Positions 17,942 to 26,197 of a stretch of DNA of 29,178 nucleotides are shown in pieces. Each line of letters starts with the position of its first letter. Position 1 is the stretch's first letter. The stretch is taken from IMG/VR virus record IMGVR_UViG_3300010273_000009, positions 1 through 29,178 of that record; one strand, 5' to 3'. A program made the position numbers and the translations under genes. Source of the stretch: a virus. Taxonomy: Duplodnaviria > Caudoviricetes. The notes under the pieces are model-generated. The model made no database searches. It worked only from the letters and a program-made list of their open reading frames with translations, and was not told where the DNA came from.

Positions 17942-19873
17942 ATGGGTTTTGTTGTTAGAGACAACTACCCAGTGCAGGGATGTATAGCTTGGGAAAACGT
18001 TCATATCGCTTATAAAGGACAGACATACGCTATACAAAACGGTTATACGAGTTATAAATACGTGTGGTGGGACCATCGATACCCTAACCAGTTTGTAGTT
18101 GGGGACGAACTCCCACAGCTAACGGATGACGACTGCTTGGTTTTTCTGAACAAAAACGGGACGCATTTGACAGTGCCGAATACTACGATTATTGACGGCA
18201 GCTTGATAGTCCCCGAAAGCATTTTGACAAATGCTCTGGCAGCTAACTGTGTAACGTCTGAAAAAATCATGGCAGGAGCTATCACGGCTGATAAAATAGC
18301 TGCCAATGCTGTTGGCGCCGAAGCAATTGCTGCTGGTTCCATACTGGGCGACCATATCGTGGCTGGTGCTATAACTGGCGACAAAATAGCAGCTAGAACA
18401 ATCACAGCTAACAACATCGCAACTAACACTATAACAGCAGCTAGTGGAGTAATAGCAGATGCAGCAATAACTACGGCAAAAATAGCCGATGGAGCAATTA
18501 CAACAGCAAAAATAGGCGACTTGCAGGTGACCAACGCAAAAATAGCCAACGGTGCTGTGGATAACGCCAAGATAGCCAACCTGGATGCATCGAAAATAAC
18601 AAGTGGGTATATCTCAGCGGCTAGAATAGCAGCAGGCAGTATTACAGGTGACAAAATAGCGGCAAGTACAATAACAGCGGACAAACTAAATGTTAGTTCA
18701 TTATCCGCCATATCCGCCAACCTGGGCACGGTTACAGCGGGTACGCTGCAGGGTGTGAATGTGATAGGTGGTACCATAAAAACAGCCGATGCTGCAAATA
18801 GGCTGGAAATGTCTGGCGATAGCTTTAAGGCGTACTTTAATTCTGTTAAGCGTGTCGAATATAGTTTTGATAGGATTAACTTCTATGATGGAAATGGGGC
18901 TTTAGCTGGGTACGTTTCTTCTGAAATTGGTGTTCTTACTCTGAAGAATGTTGGCAAAAGAACACAAATTGAAGCACAGGCAAGTTCTGTTGATTATGCG
19001 TATGTAAGTATAATAGCACCATATACTGGTTATCCGGGGGCAGTAGAAGCCTATGCAATAAACACTAACTCAAATTATGGGCCTACAGGAACGGGGAAAA
19101 TTATTTTACGTCCAGATTTTATAAGATTAGAGACAACGAATGCATCGGGGGATATATACCTAGAATCTGCGAATTTGCAAATTTATGCGAACACATATAT
19201 AAACAATAGGTTATTTCAAGTTACTGGACAGGTAACAATAAATGGCGCCCTGGATGTGGCGGGGAATGTATATGTAAACAATGGTGGCATACGCATAACA
19301 GCAAATGCCCCTCGTGTTGCTTTTAATAGAACGAGTGGTAGCACCGACCCACATGCTGGTTTTTCGTTATGGGATGGGGGAACATACTTAACTGGCAAAG
19401 AGTTATTTTACGATTATTCTAAAGGTTATTGGAAAATCGGTGACGGTAAAATTTGGCACGCCAATAATGATGGGGCAGGGTCAGGCTTGGATTCAGATTT
19501 GTTTGATGGGAAAGATTCGTCGTATTTCCAGCCCGCATCAGACGAACGCCTCAAAACTGATATACAGCCTATAACGGCAGCGCTAGAGAAGGTTCTTGCC
19601 CTGCAAGGTGTCAGTTTCGTATGGAACGAGAAAGCTGAAGAAATTGGAGCAAAACGAGAGACGCTTGCCGGGCGAGAAATTGGGCTTATTGCTCAGCAAG
19701 TGGCTGAAGTAGTGCCTGAAGTAGTACTTGATTGGATTGAAACCCCTGACGGTGAAACGTATAAGACCGTTGACACGTCAAGGATGGTTGCCTTGCTAGT
19801 AGAAGCCATTAAGGAGCTAAATACAAAAATAGAAGCAATTGAACAGCAATTAGAGGGAGGGATAGTACAGTGA
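17942..19873 (+). CDS. Tail fibre/receptor-binding protein with C-terminal intramolecular chaperone (peptidase S74)
   Basis: Shared N-terminal domain, repeats, AT-rich variable middle, KIWHANNDGAGSGLDSDLFDG, then SDERLK...IGLIAQQV...LLVEAIKEL. Confidence 0.85.
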   Translation: MGFVVRDNYPVQGCIAWENVHIAYKGQTYAIQNGYTSYKYVWWDHRYPNQFVVGDELPQLTDDDCLVFLNKNGTHLTVPNTTIIDGSLIVPESILTNALAANCVTSEKIMAGAITADKIAANAVGAEAIAAGSILGDHIVAGAITGDKIAARTITANNIATNTITAASGVIADAAITTAKIADGAITTAKIGDLQVTNAKIANGAVDNAKIANLDASKITSGYISAARIAAGSITGDKIAASTITADKLNVSSLSAISANLGTVTAGTLQGVNVIGGTIKTADAANRLEMSGDSFKAYFNSVKRVEYSFDRINFYDGNGALAGYVSSEIGVLTLKNVGKRTQIEAQASSVDYAYVSIIAPYTGYPGAVEAYAINTNSNYGPTGTGKIILRPDFIRLETTNASGDIYLESANLQIYANTYINNRLFQVTGQVTINGALDVAGNVYVNNGGIRITANAPRVAFNRTSGSTDPHAGFSLWDGGTYLTGKELFYDYSKGYWKIGDGKIWHANNDGAGSGLDSDLFDGKDSSYFQPASDERLKTDIQPITAALEKVLALQGVSFVWNEKAEEIGAKRETLAGREIGLIAQQVAEVVPEVVLDWIETPDGETYKTVDTSRMVALLVEAIKELNTKIEAIEQQLEGGIVQ

Positions 19874-20019
19874 ACATCGACGCAAACGTAGTAATCCAAA
19901 AACTCACACGCCAGATAAGTGATTTAGTCCTGCAAGTGGCGATATTGCAAACGCAGGTTGAGATGTTGCAAAAGCAGCTTGAACAGCAGAAACAACAAGA
20001 ACAGCAACAAGCCGAGTAA
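19870..20019 (+). CDS. 49-aa coiled-coil protein (below ORF-track cutoff)
   Basis: GGAGG RBS and GTGA overlap; MNIDANVVIQKLTRQISDLVLQVAILQTQVEMLQKQLEQQKQQEQQQAE. Confidence 0.7.
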   Translation: MNIDANVVIQKLTRQISDLVLQVAILQTQVEMLQKQLEQQKQQEQQQAE

Positions 20020-20044
20020 AGCCCTCTTAGGGCTTTTTATTTTT
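20018..20044 (+). terminator. Rho-independent terminator
   Basis: AAAGCCCT-ctt-AGGGCTTT followed by TTATTTTT. Confidence 0.7.
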
Positions 20045-20063
20045 GCATAGGAAGGGGATGTGT

Positions 20064-20294
20064 ATGGATGACGCAGTTATAAAGGTAAAAGTGCAAGAAC
20101 ATGATGAGCTTTTAAAAGAGCATGGCAGACGACTAGACAAAATCGAGCAAGAAAGCGCAGAATTTCGAGTGCACATACAAAATCTATGTAAGAAAATTGA
20201 TGAACTAACAAATTGGATTAAAGCACTCATAACGGCAATGATTGGTACATTTGGAGGGTTTATTGTTTGGTATATCCAGAGTATAAGGAGGTGA
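20064..20294 (+). CDS. XhlA-like holin/hemolysin
   Basis: N-terminal coiled coil (HGRRLDKIEQ..NLCKKID) and a single C-terminal TM helix; precedes the endolysin. Confidence 0.75.
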   Translation: MDDAVIKVKVQEHDELLKEHGRRLDKIEQESAEFRVHIQNLCKKIDELTNWIKALITAMIGTFGGFIVWYIQSIRR

Positions 20295-20298
20295 TATT

Positions 20299-21174
20299 GT
20301 GGCCATCAAAGATTACATCCAAAATGCTAATCTAAAATTCAATGGCCAGCCAAAACGCAGGGCGACAACCAAGGGTATTGTGCTTCATCACGCAGCGGTC
20401 CAGCAAGCGACACCGCAACAGATTCACCAGTGGCATCTGGCTAGGGGTTGGATTGGTGCTGGTTACAATGTATATATCCGCAAGGATGGTTCTGTGTGGG
20501 AGCTGCGACCGCTGTGGGCTATAGGTGCGCATGCTGAAGGGGTGAATGATGAAAGCATTGGCGTGTGTGTGGAAGGATTGTATCACCCAAGCGGGACGTC
20601 GTACGATAAAGAAATGCCGAAACCGCAGTACGATGCACTAGTACGGGTTGTAAAGGACCTGCTTCAGGAATACCCCTCAATTGAATGGATAAAAGGGCAC
20701 AGGGAGGTCCCAGGCAGTGTAACAGCATGCCCGGGGGATTACTTCCCATTACAGCAAATTAAAAACCTTATTGGAGGTGGCAATATGATTTTAAAGGTTG
20801 GATCGCGGGGTGACGAAGTCAGACAATTACAAGAAAATTTAAACAAATTAGGATTTAATTGCGGCGCCGCTGACGGTATATTTGGGCCCAAAACGGAGGC
20901 GGCCGTAAAAGCATTTCAGCAAGCACATGGGTTGACTGTAGATGGGATAGCAGGGCCACAAACATTGGCCAAAATAGAAGAACTGTTGAACAAGCCTACC
21001 AATGATGCCGAAATAAAGAGACTTAAAGAACGAATCAAAGAACTAGAGCTGGCAGTGCAGAATGCAAATACGAAGGTTATTATTGCTGAAAGAACAGCGC
21101 AAGAGGTAGAGAACAAACTAAAACGGTATGAAGAATTTTTCAGAACATTCAGAGAATTTTTGGGAGGTGTGTAA
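20299..21174 (+). CDS. Endolysin: N-acetylmuramoyl-L-alanine amidase (Amidase_2), PG_binding_1 domain and coiled coil
   Basis: IVLHH, GWIGAGY, GAHA.G.N..SIGVC, GHRE and TACPG; LKVGSRG..V..LQ..L, DGIFGPKT..AVKAFQ, DGIAGPQT. Confidence 0.92.
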   Translation: MAIKDYIQNANLKFNGQPKRRATTKGIVLHHAAVQQATPQQIHQWHLARGWIGAGYNVYIRKDGSVWELRPLWAIGAHAEGVNDESIGVCVEGLYHPSGTSYDKEMPKPQYDALVRVVKDLLQEYPSIEWIKGHREVPGSVTACPGDYFPLQQIKNLIGGGNMILKVGSRGDEVRQLQENLNKLGFNCGAADGIFGPKTEAAVKAFQQAHGLTVDGIAGPQTLAKIEELLNKPTNDAEIKRLKERIKELELAVQNANTKVIIAERTAQEVENKLKRYEEFFRTFREFLGGV

Positions 21175-21175
21175 A

Positions 21176-21424
21176 ATGACCATATATGATGTGGCTATTG
21201 TGCCACTTATCGTGGGCGTTGTGGAGTTGCTTAAAAAGGTAGGGCTGCCGAGCAAATTTGCAGCTGTAGCATCGGCAGCTTTGGGCATTGCTATCGGGTT
21301 GCTTTACGTTAGCCCCGATGACCCAGCTAAAGGTGCGTTGGTTGGCTTATCTCTGGGTTTGGCCGCATCAGGCTTATACAGCGGCGCAAAAAACACTATG
21401 CAAGGTTTTACCGAGGGGCAGTGA
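21176..21424 (+). CDS. Holin
   Basis: 82 aa, hydrophobic, VPLIVGVVELLK and GLAASGLYS; GGAGGTG RBS favours ATG 21176. Confidence 0.85.
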   Translation: MTIYDVAIVPLIVGVVELLKKVGLPSKFAAVASAALGIAIGLLYVSPDDPAKGALVGLSLGLAASGLYSGAKNTMQGFTEGQ

Positions 21425-21437
21425 GCCCCTCTTTTTT
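21413..21437 (+). terminator. Terminator of the lysis cassette
   Basis: GAGGGGC-agtga-GCCCCTC-TTTTTT. Confidence 0.8.
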
Positions 21438-21445
21438 GTTTTTGG

Positions 21446-21474
21446 GAAGGATTTTGTGGAAATATGTTGAATAA
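21446..21474 (+). promoter_or_regulatory. Candidate sigmaH-type promoter for the moron
   Basis: GAAGGATTT-N11-GTTGAATAA matches the RNAGGAWWW-N11/12-RNNGAAT consensus. Confidence 0.55.
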
Positions 21475-21524
21475 ATATAAAGAATAAAGCGTAATAAAAA
21501 AATAAACATATGGGGAGAAGTGTT

Positions 21525-22415
21525 ATGATAAAAATTTATGATGAAAGCACAGATAGCTTTTCATTGAGTTTTGGTGGAGAGAATGAAATTGACGCTAGTT
21601 TGTTTGCTAGTACTATGAATAACATAGTAGATTTATTGCAGCAAATAACTATTCAATTGGAACCTGAAGCATATATAAAACTTAAAATTACGTCATTTCA
21701 ATATGGAAGCTTTTGTATAGATCTAAAAGCAGTTATTAGCTACATAAAAAATTTATTAACCAAGGACAATATCAACATGGCAAGTACAATTATTGGAACA
21801 CTTGCTTCGTGTTTTGAAATAAAGAAACACTTAAAAGGAGATAAGCCAAAATCTATCGAATACAAGGGCAACAAGAGTTTTATAACTAACTCTCAAGGAG
21901 AGATGCTAATTAAAGATAAATCTGCTGCTGAAGTTTATTTTGGTAATGCTCAGGTGGATAGGGGTATAACAAATATATTTAATATTATGGTTTTAAGCGG
22001 AGATAGGGACAGTTTAGTTATAAGATATAATAATAACCAGAACGAAATAAAAATCCAAAAAGATGAATTCGCAAACATGGCCAAAAACGTAATTAATAAT
22101 GAGACAAAGGTAAACAAAACGTTGACAAACACTATTTATACCAATTTGCTGCTTAAAAAACCAGATTTACTTGGAAATTCAAAATGGGGGTTTATTTTTG
22201 ATAAAAGTATTGAGGCAACAATAAAGGATGAAGAGTGGCTTCATCGGGTACATACAGGTCAAATAAAAGATTTATATGCTGGAGTTAAAATACCCGTAAA
22301 GCTTATGATAGAATGTGATTTTGATGAGTTTATGAACCCAGTAGCTACAAGATATACAGTTTTAGAGGTAACAGGTGATATTATTAAACCTGATGATGCA
22401 GATGTAATAAAGTAA
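21525..22415 (+). CDS. AT-rich accessory (moron) protein of unknown function
   Basis: About 296 aa between the lysis cassette and attP, with its own promoter and terminator; GGGGAG RBS favours ATG 21525 over 21510. Confidence 0.75.
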   Translation: MIKIYDESTDSFSLSFGGENEIDASLFASTMNNIVDLLQQITIQLEPEAYIKLKITSFQYGSFCIDLKAVISYIKNLLTKDNINMASTIIGTLASCFEIKKHLKGDKPKSIEYKGNKSFITNSQGEMLIKDKSAAEVYFGNAQVDRGITNIFNIMVLSGDRDSLVIRYNNNQNEIKIQKDEFANMAKNVINNETKVNKTLTNTIYTNLLLKKPDLLGNSKWGFIFDKSIEATIKDEEWLHRVHTGQIKDLYAGVKIPVKLMIECDFDEFMNPVATRYTVLEVTGDIIKPDDADVIK

Positions 22416-22477
22416 GGGGATGCCGTAGCAATATTTACAAACCAATAGTATACAATACATATGTAATTATCCCACCC

Positions 22478-22498
22478 GAGCGGTTAGCCGCTCTTTTT
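22478..22498 (+). terminator. Rho-independent terminator
   Basis: GAGCGG-ttag-CCGCTC-TTTTT. Confidence 0.75.
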
Positions 22499-22644
22499 AT
22501 GTCTCCGCTTGCAAACATTTTGCTAACGTAGCAAACAAAAAATGATGTGAAAACCCGGTATTGTTTATAATCCAAATGCTTGAAAAGCCAATAAAATAGG
22601 GCTCTGTATTATTTGGTATTAACCGCTAGTAAATACAGAACCCA

Positions 22645-22690
22645 ACTTGTAATCAGCAGGTTGCGGGTTCAAGTCCCACCGCCAGCTCCA
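22645..22690 (+). mobile_element. attP: attP core: 3' half of tRNA-Thr(UGU)
   Basis: ACTTGTAATCAGCAGGTTGCGGGTTCAAGTCCCACCGCCAGCTCCA contains an anticodon loop (TGT), T-arm GGTTCAAGTCC and CCA end; no 5' tRNA half upstream; adjacent to the integrase. Confidence 0.88.
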
Positions 22691-22692
22691 GT

Positions 22693-22724
22693 AATCCCAA
22701 GGGTTTGAGGCCCTTGGGATTTTT
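22693..22724. terminator. Hairpin terminator downstream of the att core
   Basis: AATCCCAAGGG-tttgagg-CCCTTGGGATT followed by TTT; positioned to terminate the restored tRNA after integration. Confidence 0.75.
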
Positions 22725-22767
22725 ATACAAATTAAGCTTTGCAAACATTTTGCAAACATCCATTTAT

Positions 22768-23892
22768 TTACTGGAGCAACGTCTCCAGTTTTTTTATTGC
22801 TTCTTTCTGGAGATCTATGGACACGTGTGAGTATAGGTCCATCGTAATCCCTATCTGGGAGTGACCAAGCCTTTCGGATATAACCTTCATTTGAACGCCG
22901 CTGGCAAGCATAAGAGTGGCGTGGGTATGCCGCAGGTCATGAAAGCGGATCATGGGCAGTTCTGGTGTGGTGGCTAGTATCTTGTGAAATTTCTTGCTGA
23001 CATAGTCAGGCTCTTTGAAGCGGCCATCCTCCCATACGCTGATAAAGCCGTCATAGTTGGTATCATACTTCGAGCCAAAAAGCATCCTGGTTTCTGCCTG
23101 TTTTTTCTTCTCGAGCTTTAGCAGTTCGATTATGTTTTGCGGCAGAGCTACGACACGGATGCTGCTTTCTGTTTTTGGTTCTTTGATTATTAATTCCTTA
23201 TTCACACGCTGAACTGTACGCCGAACCACACAGGTGCCGTCTTTGAAATTAATATCCTCCCATCTTAGAGCACATATCTCACCCAGGCGCATTCCCGTGT
23301 ATATGGCGAGCATAACATGGATAAAGATGGGTGTATTGCTGAATATTTTTTCAGCTTTCTTTATGTCTTCTCTGCTCCATACTTTCATTTCCACTTTACG
23401 CTTTTTAGGGGCATCAACAGCATCGCACGGATTTTTACTTATATACTGCCACTTTACGGCGTGTTTAAGCGCATTACGGAGCAGTCTGTGATGGTAATTT
23501 ATTGTTGTGTCTGAAAGCTGTTTTTCCTCTTTAAGCATATTGTAATAGCGCTGGATTACGGCCGGGTTAAGTTTTGTAAGTTCAATATGCCCTAAAATCG
23601 GCTTGAAGTACAACCGCACAATCTCGCTGTATGACTTATATGTCTTTGGTGCGAGTTTGGGCCTGCAATATACATCTAGCCATTCATCAAGGAACTGACT
23701 TAGGGTCATGTTTGCTGGTTCAAAGTATTCGCCCTTCTCTATTTTTGCGATTATGTCGGCCAGGGCCTTTTCGGCTTCCTTTTTTGTTTTAAAGCCGCTA
23801 TACCATTTTTGTTTGCGTTTGCCATTTTCGTCACGGCCGATGTCGACCACAATGCTATAAGTAGAGCCCCTTTTGCGTATATGCCCGCGCAT
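22768..23892 (-). CDS. int: Tyrosine integrase
   Basis: N-terminal arm-binding domain (GKRKQKW.SGFKTKKEA); catalytic motifs TGMRLGE, HDLRHTHAT, LGHS and TMDLYSH. Confidence 0.96.
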   Translation of the reverse strand: MRGHIRKRGSTYSIVVDIGRDENGKRKQKWYSGFKTKKEAEKALADIIAKIEKGEYFEPANMTLSQFLDEWLDVYCRPKLAPKTYKSYSEIVRLYFKPILGHIELTKLNPAVIQRYYNMLKEEKQLSDTTINYHHRLLRNALKHAVKWQYISKNPCDAVDAPKKRKVEMKVWSREDIKKAEKIFSNTPIFIHVMLAIYTGMRLGEICALRWEDINFKDGTCVVRRTVQRVNKELIIKEPKTESSIRVVALPQNIIELLKLEKKKQAETRMLFGSKYDTNYDGFISVWEDGRFKEPDYVSKKFHKILATTPELPMIRFHDLRHTHATLMLASGVQMKVISERLGHSQIGITMDLYSHVSIDLQKEAIKKLETLLQ

Positions 23893-23895
23893 GAC

Positions 23896-24663
23896 TCATT
23901 CCTCCTTAGAACTATTTTTTGTTTGCTTTTTGTATAGTCTGTTTAATCTTCCTTGAAACCCACCTTTTGTCCCATCATGGAGTCCATATTCAATGGCTTT
24001 TTTGCAGATTTCTATGGCCTCATCTATTTTGCCTTGTTTTTCGTAGATAATTGCCAATCTTTCAAAGGATGGTATCCGCAAATTAAAAGTATAACCAGCT
24101 GCTTTTTCTTCTTTTGTTACTTCGCACTTGATCCATGCGTCTTTAAATTTGGGGAATAATTCAATATCCTTTTTGCAGTATTCTATACATTTTTCTAGGT
24201 ATTCAGGTCCTTTGTCACGTTGTTTGTAATAAAGTTCAATATAGTGATTGTAGGTGAAATGTTTATCTATAATCTCCCTGTATTTAGCGTTACTACTATT
24301 ACTTGTATTCAAGCCTTTATCATTACTACAAGCCAATTTTTCTTTTTTAAATCCAGTTCTTTTTTCGGCTTCCTTTAACAGTTTTTCTGCAAGTTCATAT
24401 TTTTTAGCGGATTTTGCCCATACTGCATATGCATTAAGGAAATTACTAGGTGTTTGAGTCGTGTAAATAATTTTTGTGTTGCTGCCGTCTAAATCTTCAG
24501 GTTTCTTATTATTTCCAATAGACATGCTTTTCGAATAACACTCTCGGATAAACTGTCGTTCATCCTCGTTTAAGGAGTCCCAAAAATCGGATAAACCTAA
24601 CGCTTCAATCAAGCCGCCATACTTGCGTTTTTCTTTTTTAAAGATGTTAATAAGCTTAAACAT
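23896..24663 (-). CDS. TPR-like helical accessory protein in the lysogeny operon
   Basis: AT-rich; RLAIIYEKQGKIDEAIEICKKAIEYG resembles a TPR; own GGAGG RBS. Confidence 0.7.
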   Translation of the reverse strand: MFKLINIFKKEKRKYGGLIEALGLSDFWDSLNEDERQFIRECYSKSMSIGNNKKPEDLDGSNTKIIYTTQTPSNFLNAYAVWAKSAKKYELAEKLLKEAEKRTGFKKEKLACSNDKGLNTSNSSNAKYREIIDKHFTYNHYIELYYKQRDKGPEYLEKCIEYCKKDIELFPKFKDAWIKCEVTKEEKAAGYTFNLRIPSFERLAIIYEKQGKIDEAIEICKKAIEYGLHDGTKGGFQGRLNRLYKKQTKNSSKEE

Positions 24664-24678
24664 ATGTATGCCTCCTTT

Positions 24679-25116
24679 CTATTTAATGGCAAGCTTATAC
24701 TCCACCAATTCCTCGCTAACTCCTAGTGTGCCAGCAATACAGCTTATTGACTCATAGCGCAGGTCTTTGATGTCGTAATCGTCGATAAGCAATTCGGCTG
24801 CAAACTTGTTGGCTTCGGCCTCATATGGCCCGACAGGGAACAATGTATATTCCCTGATAAAATAAATCGGCTCCGATGAGTGCAAGATGGCATGTCCAAG
24901 CTCGTGGGCCAATACGATACGCTGACTGTATTCATCAAGGGTACTGTTCACTACTATGAATTTGTTTCTTATGGTCTTTATGTAATACCCCTTTGTGTGG
25001 GGCGAGTATTCCTTATGTATAACATGTATGTTAAGGTATCTGGCTAATTTGAGCGGGTCTCTTGTCTCATATTTTTGAACGAGGTGCTTTACACGGGCGT
25101 GAATATTCTTTTTCAC
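24679..25116 (-). CDS. ImmA/IrrE family metallopeptidase
   Basis: LAHELGHAILH and EAEANKFAAELL; directly downstream of the repressor. Confidence 0.92.
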   Translation of the reverse strand: MKKNIHARVKHLVQKYETRDPLKLARYLNIHVIHKEYSPHTKGYYIKTIRNKFIVVNSTLDEYSQRIVLAHELGHAILHSSEPIYFIREYTLFPVGPYEAEANKFAAELLIDDYDIKDLRYESISCIAGTLGVSEELVEYKLAIK

Positions 25117-25131
25117 TCCGGAAGCACCTCC

Positions 25132-25563
25132 TTATTGGTCGGTTTTTGCCTTTTTTCTGCCGTATTTCTTCTTGTTCATCTCCTTTGCCTTCCAGAAGAG
25201 CTCAGATATATCTCGAAAAAGCTTTTCTTTGTCTTCTTCGGCGACTTCATCGTTCATAAAGAAGATACCGGCCTGCTTGATGAAGTCTTCATACTGCATT
25301 AGGTCACGTTTGGTCACTTTATGTTTTTGGGTGTATTCTTCAGGGATGTAGGGGTTGCGGATATCAGTGCGCCCTAGAAGATAATCCACACTGCAATTAA
25401 AAAATTCTGCTAGTTTAATTTTAATTTCGTCACTGGGAACACGTTGATTAGTTTCATATTGAGACAAAGTCGTATTGCTTATGTTTAATAATTTGGCAAG
25501 TTCAATTTGACTAAGCCCTTTTTCTTCTCTTAACTGTTTTATTCTTTTGCCCAGAGAGGACAT
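25132..25563 (-). CDS. CI/ImmR-like XRE repressor
   Basis: HTH_3: RIKQLREEKGLSQIELAKLLNIS..TLSQYE...R.P...FNCSVDYLLGRTD. Confidence 0.92.
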   Translation of the reverse strand: MSSLGKRIKQLREEKGLSQIELAKLLNISNTTLSQYETNQRVPSDEIKIKLAEFFNCSVDYLLGRTDIRNPYIPEEYTQKHKVTKRDLMQYEDFIKQAGIFFMNDEVAEEDKEKLFRDISELFWKAKEMNKKKYGRKKAKTDQ

Positions 25564-25578
25564 ATCATCACCTCCACT

Positions 25579-25939
25579 TTCTCTATTTGAGAATATTTTA
25601 TATCAACTTTTGCATTTTGAAAACAAACTTTCACAAAAAGAAAAATTACCTATTGACTTTTGCTAACTGTGGATTTATAATTAAATCAGAAATTCACAGA
25701 TAGCAAAACATGAAAGAGGTGAGGGGCGTCCGAAATGACTAATTTGGCAAAGCTGAGAATAAGCAAAGGGAAAACCCAAGAACAGATGGCCAAATTATTA
25801 GGGATAGGAGTTTCAACGTATAATCAGTATGAGAATGCTCAAAGAAGCATTCCTTATGATGTAGCAAAAAAAGTAGCAGAATTGCTAGAAGTGAAAATTG
25901 AAGAAATTTTTTTGCCCACCAGATTCACAGTGAGCAAAA
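25579..25939. promoter_or_regulatory. Candidate repressor operators
   Basis: AATCCACAGTTAGCAAAA (minus strand, 25658-25675), AATTCACAGATAGCAAAA (25691-25708), GATTCACAGTGAGCAAAA (25922-25939); weaker copies at 25628-25645 and 25579-25593. Confidence 0.7.
25653..25681 (+). promoter_or_regulatory. Early lytic promoter
   Basis: TTGACT-N17-TATAAT upstream of the cro-like gene. Confidence 0.85.
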
Positions 25940-25965
25940 CATCAAACCAAACCGAGACTGCGTAA
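25735..25965 (+). CDS. Cro-like XRE regulator
   Basis: 76-aa HTH (TQEQMAKLLGIGVSTYNQYEN), divergent from the repressor. Confidence 0.88.
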   Translation: MTNLAKLRISKGKTQEQMAKLLGIGVSTYNQYENAQRSIPYDVAKKVAELLEVKIEEIFLPTRFTVSKTSNQTETA

Positions 25966-25978
25966 GGAGGTGAGTTAA

Positions 25979-26197
25979 GTGAATATTCGAGGGGATTTAA
26001 TGGTAGAGACGTCTGACGGACGAACAGTGAAGCTGCGTGAATGGATTGAAGCTATAGAAAAAAGAGTGGCTGAACTGGAAAGGCGAGTTCCAGAACAGCC
26101 AAAGACAATAAGATCCGTTATCGATGATGGGGACATCGGTAAAGGTGCTATTGAAGCAGCAAACATTACTCTTTCAATGAAACAAAAGCGAGAGTGA
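25979..26197 (+). CDS. Hypothetical protein with short coiled coil
   Basis: Its RBS is supplied by the first repeat copy. Confidence 0.6.
   Translation: MNIRGDLMVETSDGRTVKLREWIEAIEKRVAELERRVPEQPKTIRSVIDDGDIGKGAIEAANITLSMKQKRE

Larger units (their letters stand above)
22509..22757. repeat. Integrase arm-type direct repeats flanking the att core
   Basis: TTGCAAACATTTTGCTAAC (22509-22527, plus another GCAAAC at 22531) and TTGCAAACATTTTGCAAAC (22739-22757). Confidence 0.7.

Noticed and set aside
17912-17944. Stop-codon readthrough fusing fibre genes B and C (same frame)
   Set aside because: Two in-frame stops (TAA 17912, TGA 17936) and a separate RBS-like sequence before C.
12299-18700. CRISPR array or DGR template/variable repeats
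   Set aside because: The repeats are degenerate, in-frame coding repeats without spacers; no reverse transcriptase or cas gene is present, and no adenine-specific repeat pair was noticed.
22645-22690. Functional tRNA-Thr gene
   Set aside because: The acceptor 5' strand, D-arm and 5' anticodon stem are missing; this is the att core.
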